A stretch of DNA of 32,000 nucleotides from an uncultured archaeon (GCA_964354495.1 CAYHAA010000001.1:646936-678935); one strand, 5' to 3'. Counted from the stretch's first letter, positions 16,915 to 25,324 are shown. Made by a program: numbers and translations. The notes: generated from the letters alone by a model not told the origin.

Positions 16915-18888
16915 TCAGGACCTGATTTGATTGAGAAAACCAGTTATATCATCATCCCAAGTCCCATCAGGTAGCAATAGCCTTTGATAGAGGTTGTTAA
17001 CATATCCTGCGTAAGCAGAGACTCTGTAACCCTTGATGACGACATCATGCTCACTGGCCTTTCTAGGGAGGTCAACGAGAATATCATACGCCCTCTTCTC
17101 CGGCACCCTTGCCATGACTACACAAAGATTGCTGCTTTCAGAAACCATGGCTGTCGTGGTTGGAAGGTGCATCAATGTGGATCTCGCAATTGAATAGAGT
17201 TGAGGAATCTCACCCCTTATTTCAAGGCAAATCGAAGCGAGTCCATAGATAGTAGGGAAGTACTGCAAGTTCGCTATCTTTGCCTGTATAAATGAAGCCA
17301 GCTTTTCTTTCAATGACTCCTTGCTCATATTTAGAATGCCATCATATTCGCTGAGCTCCAGCGACTGGTTGTATATTCCCCATGATATCAGATCCAGCAC
17401 CCTTGCATCTTCATCTGATAGTACACTTATTTCTCCGCAGCTTGTCAGGTCAAATTGCCGGTTCATTTGCTTGAATGTTCTTCTACCATTCAACGAACTC
17501 TGCAAGCGGACAGTGTTGTTCTTCCAAGTTTCATGTCTTGGTGAATACAATCCGTAGTTCAATCTTGACGCGCTCCAGTCAATTGAAGCAATATTCTGTC
17601 TTGTACGCATGATTCTGTCAACAGCTGTCTTTGGCATTACAAGGACCTGAATATGCGGAGGCTTCTGACCAGGATTTCCAAGTCTGGCTGTATACTGAAG
17701 GTGCTTGTGCGGCCACCTGTGTGCTCCTCCAATGTAAACGAGTTTGGCCAATCCAAGTCTTTCATCTTGCACATACCCTCTCATGATGAGGTTGCTTCTA
17801 ATCAGCGAAAAACGGTCAAGCCATGCTTCCTTTGATTTCTTAGCCTCTTCTCTTGATATTGGGATACCCGTGTGTACTTCTTGCCTCAGATTAAGAGAAT
17901 GAGCCAGACCAATTACCCTTGCTTTGCGATCAGGAAATGTTTCTGATATCCTATACCATGTAATACTCCAAGGATCATTTTCGGTCTCTTCTGTCCTTGG
18001 TCCAAGGTCAGACTCGGGCCCGCCTCGATTAACAAGTGCCATTATTCGTACATACTGGGGCGGTGGTGTTCCTTGTATTAGACATTGAGTGTGCCCAAAC
18101 ACAAGGTTGGATAGGATTGCTCCTGACGGAAAGCTTTGGTTGACTCTTGCCAGAAAGTCTAGAGGGTCTTCTGTGGGAGGCTCCAGTTTAGTTGTCCATG
18201 CAAGAAACGCTATCAATTCCTGCCTGATTCTCTCAGAGAAGACCTTTGGCACCAGCTGATTCACCGTTTCACCCATTGTTCTCTTACGTTCGAGTTCGGG
18301 TATGTCTACACCTTCCACGAGCTTTCCCAGGCTTGACCAAGATGGTGCCGGTTTGTCCAATAGGTCCGCTAATGACACATCTGTCAAAGCCCGTTTTTGG
18401 CTCGCGAACAGCCTATTATACAGCTCCCAATCAGATTCCTGTTGGAGGATCGAGACTTCAAAACCGTTTATTGGGTGAAATCGGACCAGATTGCCCGTGG
18501 AATTCTCTAGGACACTCAGGAGATACCGTGAGTCCTTCCTGACTTTTTGAATTGCCAGAGTTGCATCTATTCCCTCAGGCGATAGATATGTTATCCATCT
18601 GTTGGTGCTTGGGGGATAGAGATCATCTTGACCGACTGATTCTCGTCTGTGCTTCCTCTTGAATATAGATGCAGCGAACTCAACTCGATCATCAGGTGTC
18701 AATGATATTGACCGACACAGAGCTTCATCCGTTATTGAGAAATCGATGTTGCTGTCGGACAACTCCATCTCGGAATTATCTGCATTCAGTAGCTTCGGCC
18801 CTTCTCTCGTGTAACATAGATTACTCGGAATTACTCTGCCGCTTGATAGGAATACCCTAACAGGAAGCCTCATGAGGTCTGCATCCAT
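16915..18888 (-). CDS. Large hypothetical protein with C-terminal wHTH + Lrp/AsnC-like modules, paralogous to 5361-7406
   Basis: 657-aa ORF with ERLGL, LNYGLYSPRHETW, LSDEDARVLDLISW, YFPTIYGL, LP...RVP and a terminal Y...Y.RLL..DGTW. This is the same motif order as the 681-aa protein. Confidence 0.55.
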   Translation of the reverse strand: MDADLMRLPVRVFLSSGRVIPSNLCYTREGPKLLNADNSEMELSDSNIDFSITDEALCRSISLTPDDRVEFAASIFKRKHRRESVGQDDLYPPSTNRWITYLSPEGIDATLAIQKVRKDSRYLLSVLENSTGNLVRFHPINGFEVSILQQESDWELYNRLFASQKRALTDVSLADLLDKPAPSWSSLGKLVEGVDIPELERKRTMGETVNQLVPKVFSERIRQELIAFLAWTTKLEPPTEDPLDFLARVNQSFPSGAILSNLVFGHTQCLIQGTPPPQYVRIMALVNRGGPESDLGPRTEETENDPWSITWYRISETFPDRKARVIGLAHSLNLRQEVHTGIPISREEAKKSKEAWLDRFSLIRSNLIMRGYVQDERLGLAKLVYIGGAHRWPHKHLQYTARLGNPGQKPPHIQVLVMPKTAVDRIMRTRQNIASIDWSASRLNYGLYSPRHETWKNNTVRLQSSLNGRRTFKQMNRQFDLTSCGEISVLSDEDARVLDLISWGIYNQSLELSEYDGILNMSKESLKEKLASFIQAKIANLQYFPTIYGLASICLEIRGEIPQLYSIARSTLMHLPTTTAMVSESSNLCVVMARVPEKRAYDILVDLPRKASEHDVVIKGYRVSAYAGYVNNLYQRLLLPDGTWDDDITGFLNQIRS

Positions 18889-19006
18889 CTGTGTTCAGGG
18901 AGTATAGGTAGTGTATTTGTAGTATTTGTTCTCGTCTTGATAGTCCATATAACAATGAGAAAGATGCAATGAGATACTTCTATACTACCTGGGAAACTGG
19001 GAATTT

Positions 19007-19051
19007 GAGGGCCTTGCGAATCCTAAACAAATCTTCGGATCCCAGGCCCTC
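19007..19051 (-). terminator. Stem-loop immediately 3' of the 40-aa ORF
   Basis: GAGGGCCT (19007-19014) pairs with AGGCCCTC (19044-19051), with an inner GGATCC/GGATTC stem. Begins 10 nt after the stop codon on the minus strand. Confidence 0.45.
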
Positions 19052-19060
19052 TTGTTCTCT

Positions 19061-19183
19061 CTACCAGGGTTCTGGAGGTTTGTCGGTCGGTGTATTGCAG
19101 GTGACTGCGACATAGCTCCAAGGCTCTGGAGGTTTGTCTGTGGGTGTACCAGCGTATCTTTGGTAGTTGTGTTTGTTGATCAT
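19061..19183 (-). CDS. Unannotated 40-aa peptide MINKHNYQRYAGTPTDKPPEPWSYVAVTCNTPTDKPPEPW with two identical 10-aa cores
   Basis: Hand translation. The two 30-nt copies differ at 4 positions, all third-codon and synonymous (CCC/CCG, ACA/ACC, GAG/GAA, CCT/CCC). The stop follows the last Trp directly. An alternative GTG start lies at 19192. Confidence 0.65.
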   Translation of the reverse strand: MINKHNYQRYAGTPTDKPPEPWSYVAVTCNTPTDKPPEPW

Positions 19184-19332
19184 TGCGTTCACGAAATTCC
19201 ATGACGCACCCTACGCCTCAGATTCCTATGGAAATCATACGCACATTGAGACTCGTCTTTTGCTTCTAAACAAGTCAAAACTCACATCAATTCCTCCAGG
19301 AGATTGGTGAGTATATTAGGCAAAGGAGTGTA

Positions 19333-19377
19333 CAGATATTTTCAGATATTTCTATCTAGAAGATGATAGCAGATATT
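19333..19377. promoter_or_regulatory. Three copies of CAGATATT (19333, 19343, 19370) upstream of the peptide ORF
   Basis: The first two copies are in tandem at 10-bp spacing. A minus-strand TATA-like TAATATA lies at about 19312-19318. Confidence 0.35.
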
Positions 19378-19390
19378 CATTGATTGGATG

Positions 19391-19400
19391 AAAAAAAAAA
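19391..19400 (-). terminator. T10 tract (minus strand), likely terminator of the tfb-tfb transcript
   Basis: A10 on the + strand, about 145 nt downstream of the distal tfb stop. A 7-bp hairpin GGCTGCA-N6-TGCAGCC at 19517-19536 lies 10 nt after that stop. Confidence 0.55.
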
Positions 19401-19546
19401 CACTGGCACTCGTTCTAGTGGGAGGATGTCCACAATTGACTTGCCAGGCTGCTTGCGTTCTCTACGAAGGAGAGAACCAATTCACCATTATAATGAACTT
19501 GAGAACAGAATGAGATGGCTGCATCTTCCTGCAGCCCTCTCTGATT

Positions 19547-20527
19547 CTATGCAGTCAGTGCCAGAGCCTCAGGCAGTATCGTCAGACGCAATTTCGCCAC
19601 GAGTTCCTTGTACCTGTTGCGAATCGTGACCTCAGTGACACCACTCACTTGCGAGATATCATGTTGTGTGACCCTGCAATCATGCATGATTGCTGCCACA
19701 TAGATAGCAGCTGCTGCAAGGCCTCTTGGGTCTCGACCTGTCACAAGACCGCGGACTTCCTTTGCCTTCTCGAGGATTTCCATGGTGGTGTGCTGCACCT
19801 CTGTGGGTAGATCAAGTTCTGAGATGAACCTAGGAACGTACATGGCCGGGCTCGAGATTGGCATCCTGAGCTTCAGCTTTGTCACAAGCATTCGATAGTG
19901 TGCAGAGATCTTTTTCTTCGACTCCCTTGAATGCTCGGCTATCTCTTCAATCGAACGGGGCGAGCCCCGATGCCTGCAGGCAGCATAAACAGCTGCTGCA
20001 GCGGTTGCATCAATGCTTCGGCTTCGCCAGAGTCTTCCCGCAATGAGTTTCCGATACATACGTGCTGCCTCATCTTTCAAGCTCTGCGACATACCTAGTT
20101 GCGATGATAACCGATCAATCTCAGTCATGGCCTGAGCCAAATTCCTATCAAGCGAGCTGTGTACTCGGGTTCGAATCTGCCACTTGCGAAGCCGGTAGAT
20201 CTGTGCTCTCTGTTTTGCACTGAAAGCCACTCCCTTTCCATCTCTGTCACGCCAGTCAATGGTCGTGCTTAGCCCTTTATCGTGAATCGAAGCGCTCTCG
20301 GGCGCGCCAGTCCTTGAGCGAGAGTCTTGTTCATCTGACGTGAATGCACGCCACTCAGGACCTGAGTCTATACGGTGGTCGCTGAGCACTAACCCGCACT
20401 TTGCACAGATCAATTCTCCCTTCTCATTATCCCTGACAACCTCTACTCCCCCACACTCGGGGCATGAGGCGTTCAGGGTTTCTACTTCTCCTAGTCCCTC
20501 TCTTTTATCTAATGAATTGCTTGCCAT
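19547..20527 (-). CDS. tfb: Transcription initiation factor IIB (TFB), paralogue 2
   Basis: Zn ribbon CPECGG...CAKCG, B-reader GPEWRAF, LRKWQIR, two cyclin repeats and the HTH VTQHDISQVSGVTEVTIRNRYKEL. Confidence 0.96.
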   Translation of the reverse strand: MASNSLDKREGLGEVETLNASCPECGGVEVVRDNEKGELICAKCGLVLSDHRIDSGPEWRAFTSDEQDSRSRTGAPESASIHDKGLSTTIDWRDRDGKGVAFSAKQRAQIYRLRKWQIRTRVHSSLDRNLAQAMTEIDRLSSQLGMSQSLKDEAARMYRKLIAGRLWRSRSIDATAAAAVYAACRHRGSPRSIEEIAEHSRESKKKISAHYRMLVTKLKLRMPISSPAMYVPRFISELDLPTEVQHTTMEILEKAKEVRGLVTGRDPRGLAAAAIYVAAIMHDCRVTQHDISQVSGVTEVTIRNRYKELVAKLRLTILPEALALTA

Positions 20528-20614
20528 TCTTGCACTTTTCCCTCCAACTACCCGGATTGACCTGAGGGTCCGGGAGCCCTCGATCTTAGTTACGATTCTT
20601 CCTCTCAGTCTGTG

Positions 20615-21574
20615 TTACGGTGCCATTGTGATGCTAAGTTTCTGAACGAGTTCCTTGTATCGATTCCTCACGGTGACCTCAGTCACGCCTGCCGCCATGG
20701 CAATATCGCGCTGAGTCACACGGTGATCCGTGAGAATGCTTGCTATGTAGATGGCAGCAGCCGCTAGACCTCGTGGATCTCTCCCAGTCACGAGAGTCCT
20801 GTTTTCCTTGGCTTGTTCTAGGATTTCGATGACTTTCTGTTGCACGATACCTGGTAGATCGAGCTCTGTGACGAAGCGTGGCACATAGTTCGCCGGATCT
20901 GAGATGGGCATCTTCAGACTCAGTTTTTCCACTAGTAGTCTGTAGTGCTGTCCAATCTTCTTTCGGCTCACTCGTGAGTGTCTCGCTATCTCCTCAAGAG
21001 AACGTGGTGCATTTCTCAGTCTGCATGCGGCGTATATTGATGCTCCGACCATTGCATCGATTGATCTGCTACGAGCAAGTCGTCGAACAATCAGTTTTCT
21101 GTACAGTAGTGCAGCAAGTTCCTTGATACTCTTATTGAGTCCCAGCTGTGAGGACAGTCGGTCAAGCTCAGACATTGCCTGGGCAAGATTTCTGTCGACC
21201 GAGCTATGAACTCTAGTTCGTATCTGCCATTTACGAAGACGATAGATCTCTGAGCGCTTCTTCGCCGAGAATCGCTTTCCCTGCGAGTCATGGTCGCGCC
21301 AGTCGATCATGGTGCTGAGACCCTTGTCGTGTATCGCGTAGTTCGTTGGGGCGCCAGCTCGTGAGCGAGCGTCCTTCTCATCGCTCGTGAAAGCTCTCCA
21401 TTCAGGTCCTGAGTCTATCCGATGCTCTGAAACGACCAGACCGCACGATGCACAGATTCGTTCTCCCTTCTCAAGGTCTTGTACTGCCTCCTTACCTCCA
21501 CATTCGGGGCAAGTGAAGCCAGTATCTCCTCTAGAAGACCGTTCTGGTTGTTTTCTTTCACTGCGCGATGACAT
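20615..21574 (-). CDS. tfb: Transcription initiation factor IIB (TFB), paralogue 1
   Basis: CPECGG...CASCG, GPEWRAF, IHDKGLST, LRKWQIR and VTQRDIAMAAGVTEVTVRNRYKEL. Confidence 0.97.
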   Translation of the reverse strand: MSSRSERKQPERSSRGDTGFTCPECGGKEAVQDLEKGERICASCGLVVSEHRIDSGPEWRAFTSDEKDARSRAGAPTNYAIHDKGLSTMIDWRDHDSQGKRFSAKKRSEIYRLRKWQIRTRVHSSVDRNLAQAMSELDRLSSQLGLNKSIKELAALLYRKLIVRRLARSRSIDAMVGASIYAACRLRNAPRSLEEIARHSRVSRKKIGQHYRLLVEKLSLKMPISDPANYVPRFVTELDLPGIVQQKVIEILEQAKENRTLVTGRDPRGLAAAAIYIASILTDHRVTQRDIAMAAGVTEVTVRNRYKELVQKLSITMAP

Positions 21575-21734
21575 GGTTATTCAGCTCCTCTGCTATGGGA
21601 ATCGACAATTCGGTACGCATGATGTTGCCATGTAAAACAGTCGTTGCATCGAGGTGGCGTCGATGTTGTAAAGAATTCAGTCCAATCCCCGTTCAGTGCC
21701 GTTACCTTTATATACCCTGATATACTCTGAAGTG

Positions 21735-21749
21735 CTTATAAAGCTTTCG
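21735..21749 (-). promoter_or_regulatory. BRE-TATA promoter of the tfb pair
   Basis: The minus strand reads CGAAAGC-TTTATAAG, a near-consensus archaeal BRE/TATA, about 160 nt upstream of the tfb start. Confidence 0.65.
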
Positions 21750-22101
21750 TTCCTTTTGTACACTAAGGATTGCTTCGGGGGCGCAGACAATACGACGCAT
21801 TTTTTTTGATATAAGCGTTGCGAAAGGGCTGGCCGGCGGTGATACCTCTACCCCTGCAGGTTCTTTGCTGATCCTCTATTCATAGTCTTCTCGACACTGT
21901 GCAGACAGTCACCTCGTTGTCGGAGGCTGTGGTCTATACTGGCGCTGGTGGTACAATCAACAGGAACTTCCTCTCCCTTGCACTTGGCTTGCGATGCCTA
22001 GCTTGGGGGCCAACCTGTGACGTGCTCGCCTCCTAGAACCTCGTGGACGGGCTCACGCACGGCTAGTACATGCTACATCCTGTCAGGTCGTGGGATCTTT
22101 G

Positions 22102-23754
22102 TCATTCTCGCTGCTTCTCAATCTCACTCCATGGTTTGTTCCTGTCCATCTCAATCCTGTACCATGGCCTACCACTGTATTTTGCAATCCACAGGATGGT
22201 TTGCCTTAGTTCATTGCTCATCTTCACCCCTGATCTTGAGGTTGTGCTTGTCTTCAGGTCGAATCCCAGCTCAGTAAGGGCAGTGCTGACTTGCTCGACA
22301 CCCTCCAAGTCAGTTGTGAGCCCCATGCCTAGACTGGTCAGCACCATGTAACCATAGGCCGTCAGCCAGACCTCTCTAAGGTCTACTTCATCACCTTCTG
22401 CTCCAACTCGAACGAGGTGCATCTCTGCCTCTCGCAGATTGATAATCCGATGAGCAATCTTTGCTATCGCGCTGTGCTGACTGCTCAGCTCCTCAATCCT
22501 CAAACCTGTTGAAGTTCTCTCTTGGTCTACAGCCCGTACAATTTCCGCTAGCAGTCTCTCTTTCACCTGCTGATGAACCATTTCGGTAGAGGCGTCCGAG
22601 GAGAAGGAGAGAAAGAGCCCCGATAGGTTGCTATCGATGAAACCATAGTCCTTCAATCCCATAGCATAGAGGATGTCCTGCTGTACCTGGCAGTTGTTCC
22701 GATTCTTCCTTGCCACTTGATGCAAGAAATGCCATGAGTATGAATCTTTGGGTCGTTCGTATACCATATTATAATCTCCAAGTGCCACGAACCATGGGTA
22801 TGAATCTTTGGGTCGTTCGGATACCTTATCTTTCTCCAGCCAAGAGTATGGCGCTTCACTGTGGAACGGATTTCTAAACAGAGCGAGCTCTTCCAGGTTG
22901 GTGCATTGACTAAGCGGAGTTAGGTCAACAGACTGCAGGCGGTTCGCGTTCAGCCAGAGTGTTTGCAGGCTGGTGCAAGAGGCGAGAGGACGCAGGTCGA
23001 TTGAATGTAGATAGTTCTCATTCAACCCGAGTTTTTGCAGGCTGGTGCAAGAGGCAAGGGGATTCAAGTCGATGTAATGTAGTCGATTTGCATGTAGCCA
23101 GAGTCTCCCAAATCTCGTGCAATAACTAAGAGGGCCCAAGTCGATACTATGGATTACATTCTCACTCAGCTCGAGTTCCCAGAAGCTTGTGCAGTAGCTG
23201 AGCGGATTCAGGTCTATTGATTGGAGATGGTTTCCATTAAGCTCGAGTTTTCGCAAGCCGGTACAGGCGCTAAGGGCTGATAGATCTATGGTCTGTAGCT
23301 GATTGTAATCCAAAGAGAGCTCCAGTAGATTAGTGCATGTTTCAAGGGCCGTCAGGTCGATGTTCTGGAGCTGATTCTTTCCCAGACGAAGTCCCTGCAA
23401 GCCAGCGCAGGCGGCCAGAGGTGCGAGGTCGATACTCCAGAGTTGGTTGTAGTCCAAGGATACCGCACGCAGGCTGGTGCAAGTAGCAAGGGGTGATAGG
23501 TCAATAGTCTTGAGGTGGTTGCCAGATAGCCCGAGTTCTTGCAGATTAGAGCATGAGGCGAATGGGGTCAGGTCTACGGACTGAAGCTGATTCCCATGTA
23601 GCGAAACTCTCTGCAGGTTAATGCACGAAGCGAGAGGACTAAGGTCAATATCGATCATTCGCCTCAGTTCGAGATTAATCATAGTAACATTATCCTCGAA
23701 CTCAGCCAGTTCCTGAGTCCCATCCACCGTGGCAAGTGTCAGCACAATCGTCAT
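22102..23754 (-). CDS. Leucine-rich repeat protein (about 11 tandem 24-aa LRRs plus a non-LRR C-terminal domain)
   Basis: Repeats of LxxLxLxxNxLxxIDLxPLaxCTx, e.g. LQELGLSGNHLKTIDLSPLATCTS. No signal peptide or TM segment. Confidence 0.93.
   Translation of the reverse strand: MTIVLTLATVDGTQELAEFEDNVTMINLELRRMIDIDLSPLASCINLQRVSLHGNQLQSVDLTPFASCSNLQELGLSGNHLKTIDLSPLATCTSLRAVSLDYNQLWSIDLAPLAACAGLQGLRLGKNQLQNIDLTALETCTNLLELSLDYNQLQTIDLSALSACTGLRKLELNGNHLQSIDLNPLSYCTSFWELELSENVIHSIDLGPLSYCTRFGRLWLHANRLHYIDLNPLASCTSLQKLGLNENYLHSIDLRPLASCTSLQTLWLNANRLQSVDLTPLSQCTNLEELALFRNPFHSEAPYSWLEKDKVSERPKDSYPWFVALGDYNMVYERPKDSYSWHFLHQVARKNRNNCQVQQDILYAMGLKDYGFIDSNLSGLFLSFSSDASTEMVHQQVKERLLAEIVRAVDQERTSTGLRIEELSSQHSAIAKIAHRIINLREAEMHLVRVGAEGDEVDLREVWLTAYGYMVLTSLGMGLTTDLEGVEQVSTALTELGFDLKTSTTSRSGVKMSNELRQTILWIAKYSGRPWYRIEMDRNKPWSEIEKQRE
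22732..22825. repeat. Near-perfect 34-bp direct repeat at 60-bp period inside the LRR gene
   Basis: CCATGAGTATGAATCTTTGGGTCGTTCGTATACC (22732-22765) versus CCATGGGTATGAATCTTTGGGTCGTTCGGATACC (22792-22825), 2 mismatches. Encodes ERPKDSY(P/S)W twice. Confidence 0.9.
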
Positions 23755-23932
23755 GACGCCCGTTCCCTCATCTCACGATTCTTGTCGAAACAATCAGAAA
23801 AGCATTGTGTGGAGAGTCAGACTCGACTTTCATTAGCCTCCTTAAGCGTGTTGTGTCGGAAAATCCTGGGATGAAGACACTTAATAGCCCCTTCAGCCCC
23901 CACTTTCCGGTGCAATAGATGGAGGAGGTCGT

Positions 23933-25270
23933 TTGCTCACACGTGTCCAGAAGATCTACTTTGGCATGGCTCGTCTGGGTCCAAGTATTATGCTTGACAT
24001 GCTAGATTTGGCAAGCGCATTGTTCTATTTTTCAATCCAATTGCTGCCAGCTATCTATACTGGTTCTGCGATAGCCCTGAGTTATCTCTCAATCATGGTG
24101 TCGGAGTTGACATTTGGAAATCTGAGTGATAGAATGCGATCAAAGAGATGGGGGCGACGAAAGCCATTCATCATGGTCGGAGCTCCACTCATGGCCGCAT
24201 CATTCCTATTGGTGTTCAGCCCACATCTGTTCCTGGCAGAAGGGAATGTCCTGGGTCTCTTCTTCTATGCCACAATCACAATGAGTCTGTTCAAGGTCTT
24301 CTATGGCATGACAATGACTCCCTTCCAGGCATGGATGCCTGAGCTCACTGAGCCTGAAGAGCGTCCTGCAGTGTCTTCTTGGCAGAATGTTGCCAATTTC
24401 ATTGGGTTTGTAATTGGTACATTCGGTACGACTCTTCTAGCTGCACTAGCGGTTGGGTGGGGTCTTCCAAGCGAGATTCTCTACATGATTTTGGGCTTTA
24501 TTGTCATTCAACTTCTAGGATTCACTCCATCACTGATGGGTCTCCACAAGGAAGGGAAATTCATACCGAATCCTTCCATCATGAAGGATCTTCGCGTAGC
24601 TATGAAGGATAGGAATTATGTTGGTTGGCTTGCAGCTCAGGGCCTCCTCTCGGTTGGTATATCGACTGTCATAAGGACTACGTTCCCGTACATCAACGAC
24701 TATCTCACGTTCAGTATGACGGAGCTCATCATATTCGGCGTCGAACTCCTATCCGTAGTCTTTGTGTTTTTCGTGGTTTACCAGTTCACTATCCGCATGA
24801 AAGGCAAACGTTTCACATTGCAGCTCTCTATGCTGTTGGCGGTAATTTCTTTACCATTTACGCTGGTAATCACAACATCCACTGCTGCCTTTATGCTCCT
24901 GGCATTTGCCGGTGCCGGCGTGGCTGGATATTATCTATTCCCATACATTGTCTATGCAGACTTCGCACACAAGAATGAGATAATGACAGGCGAGGGTCGA
25001 GCAGGATTCTACACGAGCTTTCCATCAATACCGCTGAATGGGATGCAGGCTCTCTCGGCTTTTCTTTGGGGTTTCATCTTTGCTCTACCTGAAGTTGTTC
25101 CTGTCCCCGGTCAAGCTACCTTTGTTTCACAGGGGTATTTGATCTGGGGCCCAATAGCAGCTCTATTCATCCTCCTGGCTGTGCTGGTACTCTTCCTAGT
25201 GGATATTGACCCGGATTTCGAAAAAATAAAAGCAGAAGCCCCCCCCTCTGGATTGGAAATCAATCCATAG
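23933..25270 (+). CDS. MFS transporter, glycoside-pentoside-hexuronide (GPH/MFS_2) type
   Basis: About 12 TM segments, motif GNLSDRMRSKRWGRRKPFI, PFQAWMPELT..EER and GRAGFY. TTG start after GGAGGAGG. Confidence 0.88.
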   Translation: MLTRVQKIYFGMARLGPSIMLDMLDLASALFYFSIQLLPAIYTGSAIALSYLSIMVSELTFGNLSDRMRSKRWGRRKPFIMVGAPLMAASFLLVFSPHLFLAEGNVLGLFFYATITMSLFKVFYGMTMTPFQAWMPELTEPEERPAVSSWQNVANFIGFVIGTFGTTLLAALAVGWGLPSEILYMILGFIVIQLLGFTPSLMGLHKEGKFIPNPSIMKDLRVAMKDRNYVGWLAAQGLLSVGISTVIRTTFPYINDYLTFSMTELIIFGVELLSVVFVFFVVYQFTIRMKGKRFTLQLSMLLAVISLPFTLVITTSTAAFMLLAFAGAGVAGYYLFPYIVYADFAHKNEIMTGEGRAGFYTSFPSIPLNGMQALSAFLWGFIFALPEVVPVPGQATFVSQGYLIWGPIAALFILLAVLVLFLVDIDPDFEKIKAEAPPSGLEINP

Positions 25271-25324
25271 TATGAGTCTGCTATGCAATGCACCCATTAG
25301 CATAACACGATGGGTCATGAGATA

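Noticed and set aside
18969-19115. + strand reading of the 54-bp-period repeat (QGSGGLSVGV twice, also synonymous)
   Set aside because: A TAG at 19113-19115 separates the two copies, so one ORF cannot encode both. The minus-strand frame is open through both.
19061-19150. CRISPR or DGR interpretation of the paired repeats here and at 22732-22825
   Set aside because: Only two copies each, no spacer array, and no cas or reverse transcriptase gene. The mismatches are not adenine-specific.
19023-19202. Overlapping 59-aa minus-strand ORF (MEFRERND...) with a GGTG RBS-like site
   Set aside because: Two of the four repeat differences are non-synonymous in this frame (H/D, A/T), so it explains the repeat less well. 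It is not fully excluded.
20551-20574. 6-bp inverted repeat CCCGGA/TCCGGG between the tfb genes
   Set aside because: Short, with no T-tract, and within chance expectation.
21963-21973. GAGGAAGTTCC on the minus strand, resembling the RNase P RNA P4 5' motif
   Set aside because: No complementary 3' P4 strand or other conserved RNase P regions were found at a suitable distance.
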